DNA of 64,000 nucleotides from positions 11,222,001 to 11,286,000 of the forward strand of contig CM022673.1 in assembly GCA_012295275.1 (NCBI GenBank). Direction: 5' to 3'. Both the position numbers and the translations under genes were made by a program. The first letter of the stretch is position 1. The number at the start of each line of letters is the position of its first letter. The notes under the pieces were generated by a model. It had not been told where the DNA came from. It searched no databases and saw nothing but the letters and a program-made list of their open reading frames with translations. Positions 13,624 through 31,105 of the stretch are shown piece by piece. The stretch is from Chrysomallon squamiferum. Taxonomy: Eukaryota; Animalia; Mollusca.

Positions 13624-13632
13624 TATACATAC
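13504..13632. repeat. (TG)n/(TA)n microsatellite
   Basis: Directly visible. Confidence 0.95.
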
Positions 13633-13781
13633 ACGTAAAATTGAAATCTTTAAAAATAAATATACATTAATAATTATAATCAATAAACACACTGCCTATA
13701 ACTGTTGACATAATAAAAGTTCTTTTTGACCATCCATAATACCCTTTTGCAGCAAAATACGCAACAACGAACTTTTAAAGG

Positions 13782-13913
13782 CAGTTTTTAAATTTTAAAA
13801 ACTTGTGTTAATTAGTAGCCAAGAATTGGCGAGTTTTGTGTGACAAACAGTTTTTAAAATTTCAAAAGTTACGTTAAGTAGCGTCCGAGATCTGGCGAGT
13901 TTTGCTTGACAAA
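13782..13913. repeat. Two diverged 66-bp tandem units
   Basis: cagtttttaaa..ttt.aaaa..t..gttaa..tag....aga..tggcgagttttg..tgacaaa at 13782-13847 and 13848-13913. Confidence 0.75.
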
Positions 13914-16131
13914 CGAACACTGCTATGAAAACTGTCCACCCGCCTGACTTCACATTTCTCTTTGATTCCGGTTTTCAACGACGTCCGCTGGACAACCAGG
14001 TGGTTACACACGACAAAGGTTCCGTTTGATAAACTCAGAGGAGAACATTTGGTAGCGGGACGTTCTCCCTTTGTTGATAAATTCATTAGGCAGCGTAATC
14101 TGTGTCATTAACGGTGTATTATAAATATATATATTTTATATTCATATTAACGTAATAACTTGATTTTCCGGTGACCGATTCTGTCTTTAATTATTTTAAC
14201 TCAGATTTCCACAAAGAAGTAAATAATTCAGGTGAATGTAATTGTATTTTATATTAATATAAATATATTCAGTATATAAATAAATAATTCGCATTGCACT
14301 CTTGTTGATGTGTTATTTATGTAGTGGGTGTATATATATATCTTGTTTAAAATTTACCAGTACCCCGTCGTAGTGTTCGGAATCTCTAGACATGATAATG
14401 AGCACTTTAATCACTGGCACCGTGACGCAATGTCATCTCAGTATTCCACTGATCATATCTGAAACTGAAGTTAATGACAGAACAGTTTATTGTCTTTGTT
14501 CAGTCAAAATTTGAAGAAAATCCATAATTACGATAGTTTTTAAGTGATGGCCATTTACGATTTTTTTTTGGATTTTTTTTTTTTTTTTTTACTAAATGGT
14601 TTATGTCCGCACAAGTCATTTTGGACTTTTTCTCATGTTTGGAGGATTTTATCATCAAGCAGAATACAATGATCATTGACCAGAAAAATTACAAGTGCTC
14701 TCTATTGTAGAGTTTTTCAGGATTTTAAATCCCTGACAACAGAGGTCGCCAGAAATGGATTGAGACACTGTAAAAAATGTACATTTCATCATTTTAAGTA
14801 TTTGTTTTTCTCATTTACATGAGCTGACATTTTATGTTTTTTAAACTTGCATACTCGGGCTTGAAAATTTGTGAGGTACTTCTTAAGATAGTAATAAAAC
14901 ATCTTAATATGTAGTGACGATCATTTGCAAATTAATCACATTATTGTTTGTTATGAATGGCTGAAAATGATTCGTATCACGTTTCCTGATATAGTGTCGG
15001 ATCTCAAAAAGCAAGCAAGATACCAGAATAATTTTTTGTTTGTTCTGTATTTGTATTCGAAAGTTCTGTTTAGCTAACAAATAAATAAATTTATAAATAA
15101 AAATAGATTATCACTTAGTCTTTTTATGCCCGGTGCAAGTCATAAAGGAATAATTGAAGAAGAACAGTTGTCTCTTGGTTAACAAATTAAAATACTAGGA
15201 CTGTCTGTGCTAGTGAACAGTGAAAAACTGAGTACATATTTATGTTGAAATATTTGAATTTACAACAGTAATACAACCGAGTATTGCTAAAATGTGTTTC
15301 AATTATATGTGGACATGATCTTGTTTCCTTTTTGTTTTAATTCTTTAGTCACTGTCTGTTGAAACTGGAATGAATAACGCATCCCCATCTAGGCTTATGA
15401 CGTGTGGCTTTAACCCCATGGACTTATATCCAGTTGATTACGATAAGTGTAAGTTTATGTCACGTGATACGATCTTGATGACCACCACTTAATGAACACG
15501 ACTGACGGGCAGAAAAACCTGAATGTTCATTTTGACCCAAGATATTGGAGGTAAAAGCAAAGACGGACATAATTATAGCATATTCTGGATGGTAAAACCA
15601 AAGAAATAAAATAAAATATTATTATATATTAAAATAAACAGTTCTGTACGACTGGATAATAAAAGAAAGTTTAAATTACAAAAGCATGCATCACATTTCT
15701 CTCACACACGAATGAATGTTCCCCTTTGATCTGTTTATGTCATGTCATGTATTTCAAACTTGAAAGACAATAGTTACCACACATTTATTTATTTATTTAT
15801 TTATTTATTAAACAACTGTACAGTTTGTGTTGTTTAAAATGCATTTATATATATTTGTTTTGTTTTTTCCGATAGTGATCTGCGTTCTGGATTATCGCCG
15901 GTGAACTTCCTTTTTAATACATGTGTACAGGGTTCCATATAAAACATCAAAAACATATTTACAAAAATAAATTAATAAATAAATAAATATTTTTAAAAAG
16001 TTAAAAAGGAAATATATATAAAAAAAAAAAAAAAAAAAAAAATTAAAATCTATTTTCAAGGTATTTCTAAACTATCGACGTGCAATAAAGTTTAAATTAT
16101 TAGTTCATTAGTAATGTATTTATTACATTTT

Positions 16132-16734
16132 ATAAAATCGTTTACACTCAAAAACCCATATGCCTGTTTTATCCTTTAATCGATCGCTTCAGGAAATTGA
16201 TTTAAATAACACAATTCATTTAGCAAAACTAACAGTAGTATACTTTGAGTGATAATCAAAAGTGCTCATTATGCTAGATTGAAGTTTAAAAAGAAAACCA
16301 GTGTAAGTATACCGCTTTAACCGATAATCTGTATAACAAAGTTTGCACGTGTGAACTGAACTAAAATATTTTAAATCCTGTAATTGGGAAGGCTAATTAG
16401 TATGTGGTATTTGCTTCTTTTAAGGGATTCATTGTAGGCCAGCGAGGACCATCATTTCTGGATCTTCAGATCATCACACAGACAGATATAGAGAAAGCCT
16501 CAACATTTTTCACAGCCACGTCTGTCGGTTACCTTGTGGGTTCGCTCCTCATGGGTGTCCTGTATGACAGGTTTTCCAAACCCTTCGTCCTCTTCCTCAG
16601 TATCTTCTTAATGGGAATTACTGTGGGATTTATCCCTTTCTCTAGTTATTACTTACTTATGACTGGGATGTGCTTTCTGAATGGAGTCTTCCTTGGTGCT
16701 GTCGATACAGGTAATATATTTAAAATGATACCAA

Positions 16735-16767
<33 letters not shown>
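16132..16767 (+). pseudogene. Inverted partial copy of the MFSD4-like gene: lone coding exon 2 (16425-16710) with flanking intron
   Basis: Reverse complement of ~31320-31947. The 286-nt exon has intact AG/GT and an open frame (GFIVGQRGPSFLDL...GAVDTG), but no exon 1 or exon 3 homologue is nearby. Confidence 0.9.
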
Positions 16768-16769
<2 letters not shown>

Positions 16770-17023
16770 GCTTACGTAACTTTCACTATAAAATAATAAT
16801 TTGTTTAACTGAAGAATGAAAGTCTGTCTCTTTAAGATGTTGAACTTGCAACAACAATTGGACTGAAATGGTGGAAGCAGCGAAATAGTCGGACTTTGTG
16901 GTAGAAATTCGTAGCTTGACAGCGTAAAATATAAACAGAAATTAAATTTTGACTGTCATTATCGGCTGTATATTTAGAACTGTGTGTCTTAGGTATGAGC
17001 TTGAAACAAAAAATCTCAATTGT

Positions 17024-17061
<38 letters not shown>

Positions 17062-17683
17062 TAAAAAGAATAAGAAGAAAAAGATCGGAACAAATAAAAC
17101 AAGTGCCAGCAAATACAGAATTCGAAGTGAAGACAGATACGGGTGGTATGAACTGTCTTAATTTGCGGGAATTAGTCGTCTTGTTTAGCGAATATCTTGG
17201 GTACCAATTGTGTTTAATTCCTCTGAAAAGGACTTTCAGTTCAAAGTAACATCTCTGTAGAACTTACACAAAATCTGAAACCATAATCGGTACGAATAAA
17301 ATCTTTATATTTTATGTGACACGTTATTTCTATGACGACGAAAAAAATAAGTAAAATATGATATTTAATGACATTTCGAAAAAGCAAATTTTCTTAATCT
17401 TCAAGGTATACCAATTTTTCTCTGTATTTTTTTAAAAGTTATTCTTTTGACACTAGAACGAATATAAATATAAAAGTTGATTTTTGGGTTGTTAGGGATC
17501 GCATGTTTTTTTTGTTTTTGTTTTTTCAGCTCAAAGGTGATAAATAAGAGGAAATGCACATACATATTGATAAACAGATGTTGTAACAAATGTTATCTGC
17601 ACATGACAGACCAATAATAACAGTTTTAAGCCCGTTTTGTAGCTGAAAATTAGACAAATGATTTAAACTGACCTGACATTGTA

Positions 17684-17756
<73 letters not shown>

Positions 17757-18109
17757 AATAATTTTAAATGTTCTATTCTTCTTACTTACCTCCCTTGTTT
17801 TAATATAAATAACAATTCATAACAATATTGCAAGAAAAACTTGCAAAATAAAATCAATTTAAACAAAAAATAATAACAAATTAAAAAATCAAGTCCTCTA
17901 GTTAAATTTAGATATATATCATAATTAATTTTTGACGTTATTCGAATATTATAAGCGCGCGTGTGCACACACACACACACACACACACACATTTTAAATT
18001 TTTCATTAACACAATATACGATTAAACATGTTAAATAAGAGACATAGAATTTAATTCAGTAACATGCTGTGAGATATATTCCATAGATCATGCGCTAACT
18101 ACGATATTT

Positions 18110-18199
18110 TTATCCAATCAGAAAGGCCTTTCCATTTAGACGTGCGCGATCAGTTCAGGTCACATCACGTGACGATCTCCTTCCAGTTTAGTCGCCATC

Positions 18200-18200
<1 letters not shown>
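18110..18200 (+). promoter_or_regulatory. ATP5F1B proximal promoter
   Basis: CpG-containing segment with CCAAT (18114), E-box TCACGTGAC (~18166-18173) and a YY1-like CGCCAT next to the ATG. Confidence 0.5.
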
Positions 18201-23372
<5,172 letters not shown>

Positions 23373-24086
23373 AAAAAATAATTTAAACTTTTCTATTATA
23401 AGTGTTTGAAGTTTGAAGGACGAGTGCTAAAACTGTTGTATATTATTGAGACTGCCAGACAGCTGCATTCTGTTCAATTAATCATAGATACGGAATTGAC
23501 TGTATTTGGATTCAACAATTGTACGATTAAACAATTTAAAAAAAAAATTAGTTTTTGTCTTGTGTGTAAAACAGAAATGACAAAATACAACCTTATTTCT
23601 TACATGGTAAGAAGCATCAGTCAAATTCGTAAGTGTAGAAAACTTGGAATAATTTAATAATGGTAATGAGACTAAAATTCGTAGCTAAATTAGTTTCATA
23701 GGAAATGTATTGAACCAAGAATTTACTGTAATATTTTATAAAAGGAAATGGAGGTATAATTGTTTAATTAAATTTCTGACTATAATAAAATGTATATCCG
23801 CGTTATCTCTGAGTATCGGTATATAAATAACTTGTAAAAATTTAAGCTTGTAGGCAATTACAAATATTTTATAACAAAATGGGCAATGTTGATACTTGAA
23901 AATAATGATCTACTTTGCTTTCAGATAAAATAGAACATTAAATTAATTTTTTATTTTTTATTTTTTTTAAATCTCATTTTCTTTATATGCTACCTACGAA
24001 TGGGTTGGGTGGGAGGGGAAACAACCAAAAACTGGCATAATCTATTCAAAAAGAAAAGAACAACCCAAATTGTTTTTATTATATTT

Positions 24087-26784
24087 TTATTTTGTCACAT
24101 TCAATTCAAATTCTACTGATCCAGGTTTATTTTTTCTTCTAATACATTTTCGGGATAAAAGTAAGAGAAGTAGAAATATGCTGATGCAGGCAATGCTGTC
24201 CGCAAAGAGAATGTAACAATACCACATCGGTGTGTACTGCTGCATAAGAAAGCCCAGAATAACAGGATTCATCATTGTTCCTGCAGAAGACGAACAAAGA
24301 ATTGCAGCCGACACTTTTCCCGTGACATGGATAAGTTCTTCTTGTGCCCATATAAAGGCCGTTGGAAATATCAGAGACATTGAAAGTCCTACAATTACGG
24401 CACCGATCCAAATTCCGGGAACAAAATTTAGGTGAGCCGATATCAAAAAGGCTAACAGAGACAAGATCAAACTTAAACAACATAATGAAAGAATTTTTGC
24501 AGAAGTTAGACAGTTTATGAAAAAAATGCCCAAAAATCGTGCAATTGAAAATGCGGCCCAATAAGCAGATGTCACTAATGAGCCGTTAGATTTAGACCAG
24601 TCAAGTCCGTTTACCGTGAAGGCTAAAAGATAGGCAGCGAATGTTTCTTCTGCTGCTGAATACAGCATGAAAAAGAGACACAACAGAAAAATGGTTACAG
24701 CAAACATTGCTTTCGATAAACGTCTTTGATCTTTGGTTTCAACACCAGGATCTCGTTTTTTCACTCTAACTCGATTCCGGAGAAACATAACAAAGAAAGG
24801 AACAGCAGCGGTAATAGTCAGAAATGCGCCAATCCAAAATGCAATGTATATTTTAGTTTCTGGTGGCGCTAAAGGATCCAAACTCCAAACATCTGATGTA
24901 TTAGTATCGGCTGAAACATTTATGGAATACTTTGTCTTGTTAAAGCTTGATTCACTGAATGGAAACGAAAATGACGTGTTCACTATCTGGCTGAGATCAT
25001 GGTTAATGCTCATGTTCTGTTCTGCATTTTCGAGTTTTTTAGGTGTCAGGAATGGTTCTGTTATGATGGGAGAGATTGTTCCACCAAAGGAAAATGAAAA
25101 CTGAATAGCCATCATGAAATGTTGACCATCGCCTCTCCACACTCTAAACAGCTCTGCATTCCCACCTGTGCAACGAAAACAAATAATTAAAAATTATCTA
25201 AAAATTCATTATCCATTAGTTAATCAAACGAGATGGAAGCAAAATTATATTTAAATTTTATAATAATAAACTAGCTCACGTGTGTAATAATATGTAGACA
25301 ATTGTTTAACAAAATCTCAAAACCTCTCTCTCTCTCTCTCTCTACCAATTCATAGCAATTGTATATCAATCATGTGACTTTGTGATACATAAAAGAAGAC
25401 AGAACCGACTGAAATATGGTTGATTTGTTTATCACATTATCAGTATTAGTTGTGTAACACTGAAGCAAAAAGTAACCCAGAGAGCGATTTAAAGAGTAAA
25501 CATTTACAGACCCTCATAAAACAATTTTTATTATTACTCTTATCATCATCATCGTCACTGTTATTATTATTATTATTATTATTTGGTATCATTTTAAATA
25601 TATTACCTGTACCGACAGCACCAAGGAAGACTCCATTCAGAAAGCACATCCCAGTCATAAGTAAGTAATAACTAGAGAAAGGGATAAATCCCACAGTTAT
25701 TCCCATTAAGAAGATACAGAGGAAGAGGACGAAGGGTTTAGAAAACCTGTCATACAGGACACCCATGAGGAGCGAACCCACAAGGTAACCGACAGACGTG
25801 GCTGTGAAAAATGTTGAGGCTTTCTCTATATCTGTCTGTGTGATGATCTGAAGATCCAGAAATGATGGTCCTCGCTGGCCTACAATGAATCCCTTAAAAG
25901 AAGCAAATACAACATACTAATTAGCCTTCCCAATTACAGGATTTACACTGGTTTTCTTTTTAAACTTCAATCTAGCATGAGCACTTTTGGTTATCACTCA
26001 AAGTATACTGCTGTTACTTTTGCTAAATGAATTGTGTTATTTAAATCAATTTCCTGAAGCGATCGATTAAAGGATAAAACAGGCATATGGGTTTTTGAGT
26101 GTAAACGATTTTATGAAGTGAATTATGAAAGGTACAATAGTTAAACTGACTTGTATTACAGGGTTTTTTAAACTTCAAACTTGCATAACGAGCAGTTTTA
26201 TGTACGTATCATTCTAAAATTATACTACTATTTAGTTTACAATACAAACCGCTTTAATTAAATCAGTTTACTGAACTGATACACATAAATCGATTTAGGT
26301 TTAAAATAGGCATATGGATGTTTGAATTTAAACGATTTTATAAAGTGCTATAATAGTTAGATTCGTGAAGAATGAGAATAAGGAAAAACCCAACTGTAAA
26401 TGAATGAAAATGACAAACATATAGTAACGAGATGATGGTGTTGATTATTTATTTATTTTGACATTTATTATTATTTTATGTCGTTATTGTATAGTTTTTT
26501 ATTTTCATTTTTTGTTCTGTTTTGTTTTTATCCTTGTCAAAACAACATTTTGACAAACCTAACAAAAGAAAATATTTACTAATTTTTGTGAGAGAAATTA
26601 AACTTACCAGCATAACGAATGCCCAGCAAATACATGCTGTGTGTAAGACTTTCCTTCTGTAGACCGTATTCTTTAACTTGGAAAAGTAACTAGTTTCTTG
26701 TCCATGTGTTCTTGTTTCGACAGAATTTTCCGATTCAGACTGATAACCACTGCATTCGATTTTTGTTGTTTCATCCAAGCCCAT
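24087..26784 (-). CDS. MFS transporter, MFSD4/sodium-dependent glucose transporter 1-like, copy A (~513 aa)
   Basis: Exons 26784-26608, 25892-25607, 25165-24087; GQRGPSFLDL, GVLYDRF, FSFGGTISP, multiple transmembrane segments. Confidence 0.92.
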
Positions 26785-27281
26785 AACTGCAACAACATGA
26801 ATCTTTTGAATAATAAATAAATGTAATATAAGTAAAGATTTGGAAATTAATTTAATTTAAAAGCAAAAGGTAAGAAAGATCAATGACCTAAATTGCCTGA
26901 AAACAGAACCAGATGTAATCTTCATATGATTTGGAACACGATAATACATTTATCTATATTATATCTACAGCGGCAGTTCCAGGATTTTATCTTGAGGAGG
27001 TGGTTGTGGACAATCACAAACTTTATTTGTTTATCCTTAACAGTGGAGTGAAAAAGGTCAGACACATTTCTGTATCCTCGCTTGATCTATTAGAAACAGT
27101 AGTAGACTCGTTGCTATTAAATAGGAACATGCGCCATCAAATATATTTAGAAATAGGCAAAGACATTATTATTATTATTATTTTATTTATTTTTGTTTGT
27201 TTGTTTGTTCTAGTTGTTTTTTTGTTGTTGTTTGTTTCTTGTTTGTTTTGGGGATTTTTGTTTGTTTCTTTTTTCTTTCTT

Positions 27282-27319
<38 letters not shown>

Positions 27320-28366
27320 TACACTGGATTAAACTGGAGATGTATAAAAATAACGAAAATAAATATGAATAAAACCAAGTCATTGTGTTACTTTTCGAAA
27401 TTGCGTTCATTTCCTTTCTAATCAAGAATAATTTAAAAATAATTTTTTGTATGATTTTAACTGGAATTTTAAAAATAAGATTTTAAAAATAAGAGAAGAC
27501 ACAGCAAATTACCTTGACCATTTTAAATTTGTATTTTGTCGGTTTTGGTTAATTTACATCAAAATTATATTCTGTAGTCAAGTACGATCGAGTTGCTTTT
27601 ATTGTGATTTTGGTTATGTATTTATTTTATTTCGACTTCTAGCTGTTAATAATACGGTATGACATGAGTTACAAATATTAATAAAATAAAAAATAAATAT
27701 AAAATAATAGTAATAAAAATATTATATAATTAAAAATTAAATAAAGTTAATAATAAAATAATAGAAATAGAAATTGAAATGAAATAAATAAATATTAGCT
27801 TCCATATATTATCAGAGACTTATTATATAATATTGCCATAATTTATTAATAACAAAGAATTGTTTCCAGTGGTGGGGTGTATCCCACCACACGTACTCAT
27901 TATGTTCTGTGAAGTAACAAACCAAACAACGACTGAGTTATGCAACAAAACGCATATGTATTAAGAGTAAATGAAAATTAAACCGATAAACCTATTTATA
28001 TATTTACTTGCCTTCTTATTTTTAAGCGACTGATTGCTTGATTATAAAGCGGATCACGAAACCAATGGTGGAATTTAGATAATACATGCTAATATTTGTT
28101 TCTCATTTTGAAATAAATAAATAAATAACATTAAAGCATGGCTGCTTTTATCCACATTTATCGTACATCCTTTCACATATAAATGATAAAGAATATGAAG
28201 ACTATGTAATCTATTTTTCGTACCTTAATTTTTTTCTTGCCCGGAAATAATTCGTTAAACAAGTGCGAAACTTTCCGCAATTGGCAGTCGTAAATACTCG
28301 GCTTCATTCGTCTATTTTCTAAAAGGTTCCTAAGTCAACTGACTGATTCGTAGCATATGACTCAAA

Positions 28367-28899
28367 ATTGGACGTTCTTGTGTTGCAGTTTTTTTCTGTT
28401 TACTCAGCGTACGTTTAAAACAATCTTTTCTATAAGACGTTAATTTTTCCAATGACACCGACAAGTTTATATATTTGTTGCAAACATTTTTTTTTTTTTT
28501 TTTTTAATAAAAATTAATTGGATCAAAATTTATGATTTAGTAGACAGAAAATAAGTAACCAGGTTATCATTATGATGATTATCGTTAGTAATTCAACGAT
28601 AGTCAAATTTCATAAATATCGGTTGCCAGACGAAAGAGACATTTTTTTTAAATAGAAAGCCGGCGGTTTATCAGTTGTCCATAATGTTTTGTAATATTAT
28701 GTTGGTACACATTTTAATCACAACTAATGCATTAAATTAATCATGGGTCATTGACATTATTATGATTATAGTTATACACATGACACAGCATTTTCTTTTA
28801 TGTTATTTGATGTTTTTAATGTTCTTTAGATGCTAAAATAAGGTTAATTATTTTTTTCTTTTATAAATTTATTCTAAGTAAAATAACACTATTAACAAA

Positions 28900-28952
<53 letters not shown>

Positions 28953-29666
28953 AAATTAATTTAAAAAAAATCTACATGGTTAATTTTGAAACAAAAATGA
29001 TGTTTGTTTTACTATTACATGCAATCATCACCATTAACTAAACAATCGTATGATTAGTACACAGATGTAACTAGTGTTTTGGAATGTTAGTGGCATGTGT
29101 TTTCTTGACTTATTAATCAAAATGTTTAGTTTCATACTAAAATTATTTTAATTCTTAAAATTTATCATTAAGAAAATTATTGTTGTTGTTGTTGTTGTTA
29201 TTTATTTATTTATTTTGATGTTACAGATTTAAAGCTTGCTATCAGAATATTAAGGATATAAAGAGAATATTGTTTAGGATTAGCACAAACTTTGCTTAAT
29301 CCACATAATCTCTTAGGAAACTGAACCTAATAAAAATCAGCTTCAGACCAACCATAAAATATAACAGTTTATTTGTTTACATTTATGTAACTTATGTAAC
29401 TTGATATAGTTCTTATTTTACATGCATGTACAACTGCTGCATCTTTTCTTCTTTCTTTCTTATTTATTTTTTTTTTTTTTCAGTTAAAAGTGCAGCAGAT
29501 CTATTATTAACTTTGTAAGAATGAAAAATGAGCATAATGAATTTATTTCCTTATTAGCTCATTTGAATTTAAAATTTCGTTTAGGTTGCTGCATGCGGAA
29601 ATCCAAATTATGAAGCTGATCGAGAAAGTATCTCAAAAGTACACATCATTTTTATGAACCATCTTG
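28367..29666 (+). pseudogene. Dead duplicate of exons 1-2 of the DUF5054-like gene
   Basis: 28367-28408 and 29585-29666 match 34401-34442 and 35562-35643, but the start ATG is ATT, the exon-2 donor GT is AT (29667), and the copy is truncated at the duplication junction. Confidence 0.88.
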
Positions 29667-29803
29667 ATAAGAACCATTTAAATCTGCCTGCCTGTTGTTC
29701 TGTCTATTCATGAATATTTGTTGGGTGGGAGGGGAAACAACCAAAAACTGGCATAATCTATTCAAAAAAGAAAAGAACAACCCAAATTGTTTTTATTATA
29801 TTT

Positions 29804-31028
29804 TTATTTTGTCACATTCAATTCAAATTCTACTGATCCAGGTTTATTTTTTCTTCTAATACATTTTCGGGATAAAAGTAAGAGAAGTAGAAATATGCTG
29901 ATGCAGGCAATGCTGTCCGCAAAGAGAATGTAACAATACCACATCGGTGTGTACTGCTGCATAAGAAAGCCCAGAATAACAGGATTCATCATTGTTCCTG
30001 CAGAAGACGAACAAAGAATTGCAGCCGACACTTTTCCCGTGACCTGGATAAGTTCTTCTTGTGCCCATGTAAAGGCCGTTGGAAATATCACAGACATTGA
30101 AAGTCCTACAATTACGGCACCGATCCAAATTCCGGGAACAAAATTTAGGTGAGCCGATATCAAAAAGGCTAACAGAGACAAGATCAAACTAAAACAACAT
30201 AATGAAAGAATTTTTGCAGAAGTTAGACAGTTTATGAAAAAAATGCCCAAAAATCGTGCAGTTGAAAATGCGGCCCAATAAGCAGATGTCACTAATGAGC
30301 CGTTAGATTTAGACCAGTCAAGTCCGTTTACCGTGAAGGCTAAAAGATAGGCAGCGAATGTATCTTCTGCTGCCGAATACAGCGTGTAAAAGAGGCACAA
30401 CAGAAAAATGGTTACAGCAAACATTGGTTTTGATAAACGTCTTTGATCTTTGATTTCAACACCAGGATCTCGTTTTTTCACTCTAACTCGATTCCGGAGA
30501 AACATAACAAAGAAAGGAACAGCAGCGGTAATAGTCAGAAATGCGCCAATCCAAAATGCAATGTATATTTTAGGTTCTGGTGGCGCTAAAGGATCCAAAT
30601 TACGAACATCTGATGTATTAGTATCAGCTGAAATATTTATGGAATACTTTGTCTTGTTAAAGCTTGATTCACTGAATGGAAACGAAAATGACGTGTTCAC
30701 TATTTGGCTGAGATCATGGTTAATGCTCATGTTCTGTTCTGCATTTTCGAGTTTCTTAGGTGCCAGGAATGGTTCTGTTATGATGGGAGAGATTGTTCCA
30801 CCAAAGGAAAATGAAAAATGAATAGCCATCATGAAATGTCGACCATCGCCTCCCCACACTCTAAACAGCTCTGCATTCCCACCTGTGCAACGAAAACAAA
30901 TAATTAAAAAATTACCTCAAAATTCATTATCCATTAGTTAATCAAACGAGATGGAAGCAAAATTATATTTAAATTTTATAATAATAAACTAGCTCACGTG
31001 TGTAATAATATGTAGACGATTGTTTAAC

Positions 31029-31105
<77 letters not shown>

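Larger units (their letters stand above)
24004..29720. repeat. Tandem segmental duplication, unit A (~5.7 kb)
   Basis: Colinear and nearly identical to 29720-35711, from gttgggtgggaggggaaacaacc to ...atatttg. Confidence 0.95.

Noticed and set aside
24232-25104. Plus-strand ORFs overlapping the MFS exon 3 (also 29949-30821)
   Set aside because: Antisense shadows of the real coding exon, repeated only because of the duplication
26931-27332. 133-161 aa ORF present in both duplicate units (also 32776-33261)
   Set aside because: TTG start, low-complexity C-terminus, no motif; it lies antisense within the transporter 5' intron or upstream region
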